A stretch of DNA of 64,000 bases. Source: the human T2T-CHM13v2.0 reference genome, Homo sapiens. The notes under the pieces were generated by a model, which was given only the letters and a program-made list of their open reading frames with translations, ran no database searches and was not told the DNA's origin. The position numbers were made by a program, and so were the translations under genes. Below, one piece after another: positions 43,276 to 58,782 of this stretch. The stretch is from assembly GCF_009914755.1 (NCBI RefSeq), contig NC_060937.1; one strand, given 5' to 3'. Position 1 is the stretch's first letter; every line of letters starts with the position of its first letter.

Positions 43276-45518
43276 TCAGTGTCATAAGTGCATTCACAAT
43301 GTTGCATGATCATCACCACTATCCATTTCCAGAGTTTTCATTGTCCCAGGCAGAAACTCTGTATCCATTAAACATTAACTTTCCATTTCCCCTTCACCCC
43401 AGCCCCTGGTCACCTCTATGCCACTTTCTGTCTCAATTAATTTGCCTAGTCTAGGTAGCTCATATATGTGAAATCATACAATATTTGTTCTCTTCTTGAA
43501 CCAATACGTTCTTTGCAGGATAAAAATATGATTGATTCCACCCTGCTTAAGACATCCCTGCCCTTCACTCAATGTGTAGCCTTCCTGAGTCTCAATATCC
43601 AGCTCATCCTTCCAATCCTGAGCATTTCTCTGGCCTCATCCATGGTCTTTCTGATCATGATCCCTGCCAGAATCACCTAGCAGTACTCTAAATTCTGGTC
43701 TCTTCTACATACTCTGTTCAGATGCTACCATACTCTGCACGTATAATACAGGCAAAACATCCATGCAGCACTTTACTGTTTACAAAGTGCTCTATTGTGC
43801 ATATATCTTATTTGTTCCTCACAATATCCTTCTGAGGTAGATAGTGCAGCATTTGACAAATGAGGGAACTAAGAATTAAAGACAGGATGACTTACCCACA
43901 TTTAGGCAGCTAGCAAATGCAGGACCAAGAGTCTCAAGGCCCTGGGCTTCTCTTTATAGCTCTTGATCTTCCCCACAAAGTCTGTCCCCCTCCCTCCTTT
44001 TAAAGAGGCTCAACTCCTGAGTTGGGCAGATGAATGCTCAGGAATGGCTTCTGTGTGTGGGCTGGGGGCAGGTAGGAGGAGGGATCAGAAGGAGGGAGAA
44101 ATCAATTGCAGTTTTTCTCCCTTTAGATTCTGAGTTTATATTATTGTTTCCCCAATAATTTAGATTAGGTAAATCCAAATCCTGTCTATTGCTTATTGCT
44201 GTACTATGGTTTACAAGAAATAAAATGCACAGAGTTATTCTAGCCAAACACACACTTTGCTAGAGTTTCCTTCTTGCATCTTTATCTGCTTTCCTATCCT
44301 GTTGCACTGGACTGGAGAACACAGATACCTTCAGAAGCAGTGTATGTCTTCCTAAGCCTGTGACCAGCTCTAAACAGCAAACATCTAAATCCCACTCTCT
44401 TTGGCCTTACTCTATTTCCTCTTGAAATTCTAGAATCAAAGATGTCGCCTAAGATGGCACATACAGCCTGTGCCTTATGCTGCAAGACAGAAAGTATAGA
44501 GAATGCACATGAGAGTAGAAGATGCTTCTGAAGTTCTGTCACAAGTCCAGCTAAGTGTTTTAGCTCTTGGCCCTGAAGATCCCTGCCCAGTGGACGCTAG
44601 TATGAAAGGGCAAAAGCTGAGTGTGTGGCTAACACTTCTGCACATTCTGTATCATAAATTACCATAGACCTGTAGGTATCAATGGGGTTACGTTAATGGC
44701 AGTTACCCAACTCCTTTGGATAAATGAACTTCTGCCCCAACCAGCCTACCTATGAGTCCCCCTGCAAAGGTTCCTTCAGATACTTCTGTGAGTCCTCATA
44801 GAATGTCTTTTATGCCCTTGCAAACCTTTCTCCACTGGGTACCACCACCTCACACTTGGCATCCACCAGCTTCCTGGGGCTTCAGCACCTCCCAAGACAG
44901 CTGATGCACAGAGTTTTTGAGGTGCCAAAAGTTTATACTGTTCTGTTACAAAGCAGGGGCTTCTTATGTGTAACACTCTTAGAGGAGGTGGAAAGCCGAT
45001 CTAGTCCTGTGAGTTATACAAAGTTAAGTATCTCCTTTAATATTTCCTTTACAGACCCCCTCTTCCCAATTACCTAATATAAGTCCAGTGGGTTCTGTCT
45101 GGGTCAGGAAACAAATTTGAATATTAGGACTTGACATTTAATATTGATATCAATGTTGTTTCCATAAGACTCCCTCCTCCTCCAACTACCAACATTTTCT
45201 TACTGAGTCCAACTCTTATAACGTCTAGCATCCGCTTTCTCCAGGATGAGTTTTCTCCAAGAGGCTTTTCAGGGCTTAGGAAAATGTGCCTCTGGAAAGT
45301 TCATCCCACTGTTTTGCCAAAAAAATGTTTAGACACATCTGATTTCAGTCTACCTGCTACATAGGTGTATTATTTCCACAGTGGCCCTTTCCCAAGCAAG
45401 ACAGAATGTTGATACAGTCAGGAAGGCGTCCCAGCTGCAAATAACATGAAGTCTGACTAATAGACTTTTAGGGTGTCCCCACCCCAAAATGGGCTACACA
45501 TCTTCATGTCTCACCTGC

Positions 45519-45904
<386 letters not shown>

Positions 45905-46350
45905 CTAACTAATTAAATGGACAGTTTAGGACCTCAAGACTTTTTACAGAGTTTTTCAGCATGACCCCTAGAAAGCCACTACAAAATTTTAGGAAATTGT
46001 ATCAACAAATGTATACCATGTCAGACTATTCTCTAGGTCAAGAGTTCCTCTGGTATTTCAGTATTTCTCCAAGTGTGTTTTAAAGAATACCAGTCCTATC
46101 AGATTTTCTGAAACACACACACAGACGTTGGAGATGTTGCATGCTATTATCTGACTCTTAGAGCTCCACAGTGCACACTGGCATTTGAAAGATTCTTAAA
46201 AGTCATACTGTAAATAAGCTTGTTTACTTTAACTCACTGCTTCCAAAATTTTTTGAATACAAGAACATTTTGAGGCATAATGCCTGTGAATATCTTATAG
46301 AACTGGGGTTCTATGGCATATATATTTTGGGAAAGGTTGACCTACTCTAT

Positions 46351-46651
<301 letters not shown>

Positions 46652-48678
46652 TGACCTACTCTATTTCTTACGTTAAACTAGCTGTGTTATCCAACCAAGC
46701 TTATCAGGTTGAGTTGTCAAGCATGAACTGTTGATAATATAATACATATGATGTCGTGCTAGCAGTTTAACATGCTTCCAAATGGTTCCTTTTACCTTTG
46801 AAATTTATTAGTAGAAACACTTTCCCCTTAATAAGATCATAATGTAATTTCTTATTCACATAGATTAAGAAAAATAATGTTTTAGTTTAATATATGGCAG
46901 AGTTTTTTGAAATAAGTAACAGTTTGGCTTCTTAGAAACATATCTAAGGAAAAATAATATTATTTAAAAAGTTAAACTTAGTAGCAAATAGAAAATATTA
47001 AAGAGAAGAATTTTGTTAAAAAAAAAAAAGCATTCCACAATCAGGCAGGAAATAACTAGACTATAATATTATGGTTACCAATAAGAACCAAAATGAAATC
47101 AGTATCTTAGACATGTACCAAGGAGGAAAAAAATAAGAAAAAAGAAACTACTGAATTGTAACTGCTAACAACCTTCCACAAAGGTAAGCAATTCTGAGGA
47201 GCCAAATAATTGAACAGAACCCAAGTTCAGGTTATATGCTTCATTAAAATTTGTGGTCAGTGAACAGAACATTCTCAAGTGCCTCATGCCTGGACTAATT
47301 TTCTATCATGTCCACACAGACACATGCAGAGTCATGGTGATCAAACACCCAGCAGAGATAACAGCCAAATATGGCCAGCCTCACGATAATGTTGGAGAAG
47401 CAGTGCAGACTGTGGCCTGGAAACCCACAAGGTAGACCCGTGGGCGGTGACAAATTGGGCCTCTGGTAGTGCTGTTAGCATTTTGCAATTAACCACGATA
47501 TCATACTTCACTCATAGACGGCAGTCTTTCTGACTTAAGGGTGGATAATCAGTAGCTTCTACAGCTACAGCAGGATTAGACATGAGCCTACATAATTATC
47601 AGAAAATATATGTCTCTAAATGCCTGCCTCAGAAACAAACAAGTGTCATCATTTATATACGTATTGGATCTTATGTAAACTTTTAATTTACTTTTAGTAG
47701 ATATTTTAGATCTGGATTCCCAAAGGAAGAGTGCAAAATTTTACTTGTGTCTTTCTCGGATCTGCTCATGATTTGAAAAAAAAATACTGGTGCTATTTTG
47801 TTACTGTTATATAAAAAAACACAGAGGTTACTGTAGAGCACATGTAACCCAATGAAATGAGATTCTTGACTGAAAAACCTTTCAGAGTGTTGTAAAGATG
47901 AATGTGGGAAGCACAGTAAAGGGAATCTCTCTATATGTGTAATTTGATGGCTTCTGGAAGAATGAAACCTCAAATACTATGCTCACATGAATTTTAAAAG
48001 TTGCTTTGGAGATAAAAATCTTCAAAACTAATATTACATATGAGAATTTGAGCATTAAGGGTTTAGAAAAAGAAGAGATTAATCTACAGTTTACAAATAG
48101 ACTATAAAATAGAGGCTCTTCTAGAAGTGAAAAAATCACAGCATTGTAGGTGCAACAGTATTTGGATTCCGAATATGTTTGACATTCAGCTCTTGCCACA
48201 TTCTATATGTAGAACAAGGCAAACCCAGGGCCTAGACATGAACATGGAGGTAGATGGAATTTGACATTCTGATATTAATATTAATTTATTTGGACATTTA
48301 TTTTAGGGGATGAAAGGGTTCTATTATAGATAACCTATTATCACTCTGTGAAGACTTGCCTGTTGAAAACAAGTCCTGGTGATTGTGTTTTCTTTCTGTA
48401 TCACAATCTAGTCAAGTGGTTAATAATCTGTACCAAACAAATAAAATAAACTAAACACATTTATTAAAATATGTTGTATTCTAAAAGCTAGGCTCATTTC
48501 CAGCATGTGGCCTATCACTGAAGCTCTGAGTTCTTAAAATCGTTGAGTTGAGAAATTTTTTTTCTGTGAAAGTGCTTTAATTCTATGAGGACACAGTAGG
48601 ACTCTCCAAGGAAAGAAACTTACTAGGGAACTCTCATACCTTTACATTGATACAATCTCCCTTTTAAAAATCGTTTTA

Positions 48679-48984
<306 letters not shown>

Positions 48985-48992
48985 TCGTTTTA

Positions 48993-49335
48993 ATTGTGGT
49001 AAGATTCACTTAACATAAAATTGACCATCTTAACCATGTTTAAGTGTATTGTGTCAAAGCCATTAAGTACATCCATATTACTGTGTAACCATCACCAACA
49101 TCCACCTCCAGAACTTTTCATCTTGCAAAACTGTAACTCTTCACCCATTAAACAACAACTCCACTTCTCCCTTCTTCCAGGCCCTGGCAGCCATCATTTC
49201 TGCTTTCTGTGTCTGTGAATTTGACTACTCTAGGTACTTCATATGAATAGAATCATACAATATTTGCCCTTTTTTGATGGGCTTATTTCACTTAGCATAA
49301 TGTCTTCAAGGTTCATTCCTGTTGTAGCATGAGTC
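48993..49335 (-). mobile_element. L1MB 3' fragment
   Basis: AACATAAAATTGACCATCTTAACCAT...ATTTGACTACTCTAGGTAC...GCTTATTTCACTTAGCATAATGTC. Confidence 0.82.
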
Positions 49336-49988
49336 TACAATCTCCTGTTTCAGTGGGTAAACAAAAAAGCAGCCCTAGTCACTTAATCTTTTTATATCCA
49401 TATAATATTTTATATCAACTTACTTCAAAGGGACTCTACAAAGTTTGCCTGAGTTGTGATTTGAGTCCCCTTTAAGAGAAACCCATAATAACAAAGCAGT
49501 GGTAATGGAGGTGATGGCAGTGGTGGTGGTAGGTTGACTACATAATAAACAGGAGGAGGCATGAAGACAAGAGGCAGTTTTGACTCTATGTTAAAGACCA
49601 CCTGCTCTACTCCCAGAGATTCTGGATCCACAGATCTGGGTGAGGTTCAAGAATTAATATTTAAAAAAAAAACACAAAGAATGTGGAAAATTCAAATTCT
49701 TCTCTGTATAGCACTGTACTGGCTCCATTTGTGACTTCTGCTCACCATCAGCTGCTACACAGATAAATCAAATCCATCCTCTTTGTCACTTTCAAAATTT
49801 GAATTTGTCTCCTTTGCTTGAGGGAAAACACTTCAGTTTTGCTTAAGTAACAGACTTCATTTTATGTAGTTTTTAGTCCTTTAACATATAGTTTTCTTTC
49901 TTGTAGATATCCATTAAGTGTCAACATCTATTCAAAACGAGGCATCCAAAACTGCTCCTTGTTCAGCATCATTACCCAAAAGTCTGCC

Positions 49989-50512
49989 TGTGGTAGGTAG
50001 AATTCTAAGATGGCAGGTGGAATTAAGTTTGCTCATCAGTTGACAGTAAGAAAGGAAGATTACCCAGGTTAGCCTAACCTAGTCACACGGGCCTCTTAAA
50101 ACCAGAGAGTTTTCTCCTGCTGGTTGCAGAAGTCAAAGAGATTCAAATCGAGAGAGGGATCCACTGAAAGGACTCTTCTCCATTGCTGAACCGGAGGGAG
50201 CCACATGGCAAGGACCCAAGAGCGACCTCTCTGAGCTGGGAGTAGTTCCCTGCTGAAAGCCAACAAGAAAACCAGACCTCAGTCCTACAACCACAAGTCC
50301 TACAACTGCCAACAACCAATGGTACTTGGAAACAAGATTTCTCCCTAGCTGAGGCTCCAAGAGAGGATGCCAATATCTTGATTTTAAGCCTTATGAGACC
50401 CTCAGTGGAGGACCCAGTTAAAACGTGCCAGGCTCCCGAGTCACAGAAACTGTGATGTTTTAAGCCACTAAATATGTGGTAATTTGTTATACAAATATAG
50501 ATAATGAATATA
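49989..50512 (+). mobile_element. MLT1E-like MaLR LTR
   Basis: TGTGGTAGGTAGAATTCTAAGATGGC...GCCACATGGCAAGG...CCTCAGTCCTACAACCACAAG...TTTAAGCCACTAAAT.TGTGGTAATTTGTTA. Confidence 0.8.
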
Positions 50513-51984
50513 CTGCCCCTTCTATTTTATATTTCAACAATACTTATCTATGTGCAGTTTCTGAACTTAGTTGCTCTCTTGGTCTTACATAGCTTTGTTC
50601 TCGACATTTCCTTGCCTGGAGTATTCCCTTTTATCTGATCAGACGTCAGATGGACAAACTCTCAACTCTTGATGTTCAAGACACATCTCAGGCATTACTG
50701 CCACCAGAAAACGCCACTGCCTTCCCTGGGCAGACTTCCTGTGTTTATTAGTCCCTTCTGCCTATAGGAATTAGAGAGCCCTGAAAAACTACAGGCAGGA
50801 GAATTTTCAGTTAGCAACTTTACGATTTTATGGAAAAACTAAAATGTTGAGGACTGAAATTGGGAATGAATGTATGAAAGTCCTCATAGATATTTTTATA
50901 TTCCTTTAAATAATACAAGCAGTTTACTATGTAATGATAGGAACAATGATGTTCTATATATCACATTGGCAACATTGGCGGTCTGCTTTTTGCATTTACC
51001 ACTTTTTGCTAAATAGATACTTTTAAGGATTTTCTTCCTCTGAAGTTTCAGTGAGATGCTTGTGAATGTCTCCTGTTTTGTTCCAGAGGCATGTGACTGT
51101 GTAACTGGAGTTATTGGCTTGGGGAACAGGAGCCAACCTCAGTATCTCAGAGTACCAAGAGGCTATAATAACCTTCCTGGTAACTTCATACCAAACCTCA
51201 GACCCTCCTATACTCCATCCTCCAATCATTCGAGCTCTCCCTTTCCTCTGGCTCTAGTACTAGAAAGCAGGATGCAAACACCACGAATTTCATCTACTTG
51301 ATCTTGAGAATTGCAGAAACTCTATCTCTGCACTCCTCTTTACTTCCTTTTTCTATCCTAATCCTTAATTCCATTTTCTAATTAAAGTATATTCTGCATG
51401 CACAAGGACTACATCCCCTAATCTTTGATAATTCCCAGATGCACAAGTACATCATGGCAAGGAGCAAGCCCCTATCATAAGACAGAGCCCCTAAGGCTAC
51501 AAAGAAGAATAATATGCAATTCTGTCTGTTTTCAAGAATTTCATCTACAGATACAAGCAATCCAATTCAGCAGATAAAGCGCTATCCAGAAATTCAGGCA
51601 ACAAATTGAAGTTGATATAGATGGTATCAATGAGATTCAGTATTTATTAACAGGTATCCAATATGCAAAGCATGGAAATTGGAATTTAGGTACAGAAATA
51701 TTTCAATATGGAAGCAGACATCAGGGAAGTCTGCTAGGAGATGGCAAGGTAGGAAGCAGGGTACTTGGAAGGAGGTTCAGATACAGGATTTTAGTCTCTG
51801 GTAAGAAACTAACAAGAGCAAAGCCGAGTCTCAGTTCTTTGGGGGATTGGAGTCCTGATAAACAAAAGGCAAGGACTCCCACATGGAAAGTCAAATCTGT
51901 GACCCACTTACTAGAAGGAGGCCACAAACCAGGGGCTTCTTCTTGGAAACAGTTTTTAAAACTGGAGCAAGCCAGAAACTCCAT

Positions 51985-52270
51985 GTCATTCTAGAAATCT
52001 ACTTGAACAAGTATGCAAACATATACGTGCAAAGCTGTTCACTGCAGCGTTGTTGGTAATAGCAAAACATTTAGAAACAATTGAATGCTCACCTGTGGAG
52101 TCCTGGTTACATAAATGATGGGATATCCAAACAGGGAAATACTTTGCATCTCTTAGAATCAATGAGGAAGCTAGCTCATATGAACTGATATGGAAAATTT
52201 CCAAAATGTACTATTAATTGAAAAAAATTGAGAGACAGGATCATATGAACAGTGTGATATCACCAATGCA
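51985..52270 (+). mobile_element. L1ME-like 3' fragment
   Basis: GTTCACTGCAGCGTTGTTGGTAATAGCAAAACATTTAGAAACAA. Confidence 0.65.
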
Positions 52271-53101
52271 AAAAGGAAAGGATACACAATACCTGGACAA
52301 GATACACTTCTGTAAACACATACACCCGTGCTCACACACACACAAACCCCTGTGTATATGTATTATCAGTGTCCATTCCAGGAAACAAAAACCATTCTAA
52401 GTATTTCAAACAGAGAGAATTTAATACAAGAATTGGTTAAAAATTGTTGCTGATCCAAAGGGGGAAGGGAAGGGAAGTCTACCCAAAGGTGAACAACGTT
52501 AGGAAACCAATAACATCTAGTGGAGCAAAAGGGAACATTATTTAAGCAAGAATCCACAATTGCTGTGGTGCTAAAGCTGCTGGAGGAATGTCTAGGATCA
52601 ATCCTAAATACTCCACATTCCAACCATGACATCCCGTTTATGTGCTTTCTTTTGGGCCCCCATTAGGCTGAGGGAAGGTCTTAAATGGCATTCTACTGGT
52701 TATATTATTAGTCATTTTATAGAATTAATCAATTGTGTCAAGGGCAGGGATCTTATATTAATCCTTTTGGCTTTTTGTTATTAGATACACTCCTTCTGTT
52801 TTGTAAATGTGGAATGACTTAAGGCTTTGCTTAACTCGTTAGGGCAGAGGTGGTGGGGAGAATGGAGAGGAAGCCTCGTATATTATCAAAGACAACTAAA
52901 GCCAAGATATTTACAACAATAATCTACAAATGATTTTATTTTAGCCTCTCTGAAAAGAGCTTGTTTAAAAACTGAGTGAGGAAAGTGTTGGGATTTTTTA
53001 GATTAACTTTCCAAACAGAAATGTGTACTATATTTTTAAAGGAGACAAGTGTATTACTTCTTTACGAGTCAGTTGAACCAATTTCATCATGAAGGTCTCT
53101 G

Positions 53102-53548
53102 TGTGTGATGTTTCTTGGGCACCCGTTGAAATCCTCCCAGCCTCACCTGTCTCTTATTCCAGCTCCTACTGCAGCAACCAGTTCTGTGTGGGCAACAGTT
53201 TCCTGCAATCACAATCAGGCATTGCCTGGCCTCTCTGCACATGGCCGTCTCCGGCTCTCCAGCCCGGGCTTCTCTGTCGACACTGAGGGCTGCAACAATC
53301 TGCAAAGGCAGGGCCAAACCCTTGATGAGATAAATGCTTTTTCCACTTTCCCCCTGGTTGGGCAGCCTTGAGTTTCACAAGGCAGTCCAGCGGTCCTGTG
53401 AGAGGGAGTGAGCAAACAGGAGTGCATCTTTGTATTAGCTCTCCCCCGTCATTCCTCCTTCCTGAATCACACTCCTCAGTAAAGTACTTCAAGTTAAGTA
53501 CAGTATTTGTTTCAGGCTCTGCTTTAAGGGGAACCCAGGCTATGACAG
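53102..53548 (+). mobile_element. Old ERVL LTR (LTR33/LTR40-like)
   Basis: Ends TCAGGCTCTGCTTTAAGGGGAACCCAGGCTATGACA, a typical old ERVL LTR terminus. Confidence 0.6.
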
Positions 53549-54000
53549 TCCCCAATATACAATACTATGGCTCTGATGATGGTCCAATTTGGTGATGGCT
53601 GGGAGAAAAATGCACTGAAAATATGATCACCGTATGTTACATGGCCAAGACCTGAGCCTGATGATTTTGTTATAATATTCATGAAACATAGTAAAATGGA
53701 AAAAATCCACAGACAGGAGGAAGAACTGGAACCAGAGACTCAAATGCTATCAGGACTGTCTCTACAATTCTCATTTGCTTTGTTTATCTCTCTGTCTTTC
53801 TGTTTTTCTGTTTCCCTGTCTCTGCAGTTGCATCTGCTTCTCTGGTTCACATGGTAAAAAAGTATCAGCGTTGGGCAGAGGGGACTCTTCCCCCTTTTCC
53901 CCCTATTTCCAAGTGCAGGCACCTCTGTCAAGGCACATCCTCTGCTTTCTCTGCAGCCCTACACCTCAACCTCTCCCCAGGGAAGGAGTGATTTAGCTGA

Positions 54001-54415
<415 letters not shown>

Positions 54416-54964
54416 TGAGTTTTAAAGAGTCAGACCCCTACTGGGAGAGCCAGCACTAGTGCAGCTGTGCCTATGACTGGGTGAGTAATTCTCTTTAATT
54501 CAAGGGTGGAACATAAGTAGGTCAATATATCATATTCTCTCCTACCATCTCCAGGCTTGTTTGACATTTATTAAATATGACATTTTGATCTCCAATGGTC
54601 TGAGTCCTGCATCTATCTCTCAGTTGGTTCTGAGCTTGGATGCATATTAATGTGTTATTATAATACATATTAATGTGAAATATATTAGTATACATCAATA
54701 AATATAGCAGGGGTTTTATATATTGATCCTCCTAAGACCTTCCAGTCACCAACATCCTCCATCTTTATATTTACAATTTTTACACAAGAAGAGAGATGAT
54801 TTTCTTTTCACTTCTACTTCCAAATTTCCTGGGGAGGGACTCTAGTTAGTGCAGAATAAACCCTGACTTGGGAGGCAAGAAAATAGGACTGGCTAAGTTT
54901 GGATCAGATGCCCACTGATGAACCAAACATCTATGATCAGAAGGGTAAGTCAATTTCTAACACA

Positions 54965-55292
54965 GCATCTCTGCCCAACCACAGCTGTGCTACTACCATG
55001 AACACAAGCCATGTACAGCCCATTAAGCTGGCCAGTGATACCAAGGTTCTGGGCAGGACTGACTAGCAGGGACAGTACACACAGGTGCATGTGGAATTCA
55101 TGGACTTCCTGAGCTACTCCATAATCAAGAACATAAAAGGCCACAGCTGGGAGGGAGATGTGCTCACCCTATTGGGGGTCAGAGCTAGAGGCTTGCAGGC
55201 TACATGGAACCTGCTACTTGGTCTTAGATAGGTCGACCACTTGGCCTGCATGGAATATCTGTTGCTCTTAAATGAAGTGTTTATATTGTATG
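54965..55292 (+). pseudogene. Processed pseudogene of 40S ribosomal protein S28 (RPS28)
   Basis: ATG at 54998 reads [59 protein letters not shown] versus RPS28 [60 protein letters not shown]. It is intronless, with a premature TAG at 55064-55066 and a +1 frameshift in the G-run at ~55174-55178. 5' and 3' UTR-like flanks are present (TCGACCACTTGGCC; decayed polyA signal AATGAA). Confidence 0.93.
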
Positions 55293-55503
55293 AGGAGAAA
55301 ATTGGAACATGGGTGATCCAACTGCATCTGGGTAGATGGCATGGGAGGAGAGACAGTTCTTAAAAGCAGACAAGCTTTGAGGCCCCAGATTTAGAGATGT
55401 CCACTTCTTCCCCCAGCAATTATTCTGAAATTTCACCTCTGCCCTCAGTTTCCCTATCATAACTTCACGTTGCCCTACTTTGCCTCAGAAAAGGAACTCA
55501 AAG

Positions 55504-55800
55504 TCCAGGCACAGTGGCTCATGCCTGTAATCCCAGCACTTTGGGAGGCTGAGGTGGGCATATCACTTGAGGCAGGGAGTTCGAGACCAGCCTGGCCAAC
55601 ATGGTGACATCCCATCTCTACTAAAAATACAAAAATTAGCTGGGCGTGGTAACAAATGCCTGTAATCTCAGCTACTCAGGAAGCTGACGGAGGAGAATCA
55701 CTTCAACTTGGGAGGTGGAGGTTGCAGTGAGCTGAAATTGCACCATTGCACTCTAGCCTGGGCAACAGAGTGAGTGACACTTGTCTCAAACAAACAAACA
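55504..55800 (+). mobile_element. Alu (AluS)
   Basis: Full Alu with TSD AGAAAAGGAACTCAAAG(TC). Confidence 0.9.
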
Positions 55801-55972
55801 GAAAAGGAACTCAAAGTCTTAACAGAGAAAATAGAGGCTGGCATGAGTTGCACAAATTTCCTCCACTCCCACACAGCCAATATCTGCCTTCACATGTCCC
55901 TTACCTTCTTCCCTCCTGTCTCCATGGAAAAGATATTCTTCTTCCTGGTGTGGTATCTATGAGGTATTATAG

Positions 55973-56672
<700 letters not shown>

Positions 56673-56689
56673 AATAATGTAATGTTGGA

Positions 56690-56895
56690 TGTAGAAATCG
56701 GATGGCCTGGCTGTCAACCCTGGCGCTACCATTTCCTAAACTAGTGACATAATCTTTCTGTGTCTTGCACCCCTCATGTGTTGCACTCTGCATAGAACAG
56801 TGGCAACAACTCAGAGGGCTGGCTTGAGGATTCCATGAAAGAGTGGACACAAAGCACCTAGCCCACGGCCTGGTGTGGCATCGCAGCAGCAACTC
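56690..56895 (+). mobile_element. MIR
   Basis: CCTGGCGCTACCATTTCCTA...GAGGATT...AAAGCACCTAGCCCACGGCCTGG. Confidence 0.6.
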
Positions 56896-57827
56896 TCACT
56901 ATGCTGTGATCCCCAACCAATTCTCCATCCCTAAACCCAAAAGATACTTTTCACTTTTAATTTCCTTGACCTCTGTATGGTGGCTGGCATTGTTGTCCTC
57001 TCTCCCTGGCATTCTTACTGCCCTTGGTTCTCATTTTATTACTTTCTCATGATTTTCCTTCTACTCCTTCAACCACAGGTTCTCAATATCCATCTTGGAG
57101 TTCTCTTTCTTTACTTGCCATTTAAACATCAAGGCTCTGTCATCAACTCTCTTCTTTCCTCATTGTACATATTCTGCATAATCTCACTTACACCTACATC
57201 CTTGATAACCCCTTGGAATGGGTTTAGATACATCTGTGTTTCTAGACCTCACCTCTCCCCTCAGTTCACAGACAGTTAATGCATGGCCAGATGCACCCAG
57301 TGCTTAAATAGGTTCAGAGTGCTTTTATAAATCGAATAAAGGCAGGTATCGAATGGATTCATGTTTCAGACATCTAATTATAAGACGTTACCACCTGTAC
57401 ATTCTATAGGCACCATAGACATCTAATGAGCAAAGCTGAACTTGCCATATTCCTCATCCCATAAACAAGTTTTCTATCCTTCCCTCTGTATCCACCTACT
57501 CTACTGCCATAACCAGAAACTTCTTTCTCCCCTTTTCTCCCATTAAAACACCATTTGCCTTACACAAGTCTTGTCAGTCAACTTCCTAAATTTCTTTTGG
57601 ATTCATCTCTTTCTCTCTATTCTTGCACATTATCCCTACCTAAATATTCGCACTTCTCCAAGTGTGCTCCCTCTTTTGCTCAAGCTCCTCTGTATGTTAG
57701 AAGGCCTTTTCTCCTTTGCCCACTCCTCTTTGAGGTTTAGCTTCAGGCTTGTTTACTCTGGGGAACCTCCTCTCCCTTCTCCAAAATAAAATTAGGAGCC
57801 CCTTAATACTCTTTGTAGCCAATGCTT

Positions 57828-58296
57828 GTGATGCTCTGTGCCACAGCTTCTTGGCCTGCCTGGGAAGGGGCTCATGTGCTTTGCCCACTCCCCACTTCCA
57901 GTCCTCTCTGAAGCTTCCCTCTGCTTTGCTGCCTCTGGGCTTTCTCTGAATCCATAGGAAGCTGCTCAGCTTGGTTACAGAAGCAACATAGAAGGGTGGG
58001 GGACGCTAATACACCCCAGAGGCAACCGCCAATTAGTAAGGGGCTGGAATCAGTGGATCCTCCAGGGAGATGATTCTGAGGCTCGTTCTACCCAGTTCTT
58101 CAGAGGGACTCCAGTGGGGTTGTGCCCCTGATGCCCACAGTTGCTCACTGACACCCTTTATCAGCTTTTTTTATCCCCTGTCTCACCCTCCACACTCTCA
58201 CCTCTGATTCTTGGAATGATCACCTAAGTAAACACTCATACATCATATTTTTCTTAGGCTACAATTTAGATGGGTGGGGGTACCCAAACTAAGATA
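57828..58296 (+). mobile_element. Old ERVL LTR (LTR33-like)
   Basis: CACCCCAGAGGCAACC...GGAGATGATTCTGAGGC...TTCTTCAGAGGGACTCCAGTGGG...CCCAAACTAAGATA. Confidence 0.6.
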
Positions 58297-58456
58297 TGCT
58301 CTAATAGCCTCTAGTTTATACCATGAGCATAGAATTTATTATATTGAATTATCATTGCTACTTTACTTTATTCATCTTTGAATATTTAATACCCAGTGCT
58401 TTGATATAGAGCCTGGATTAAAATAGACATTACGTAAAATATGTAAAAGCAGGTAG

Positions 58457-58782
<326 letters not shown>

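Noticed and set aside
48102-48112. MEF2-like CTATAAAATAG
   Set aside because: One base too long for CTA(A/T)4TAG, and such motifs are common in AT-rich DNA.
54950-55144. 64-aa minus-strand ORF
   Set aside because: Antisense shadow of the RPS28 pseudogene.
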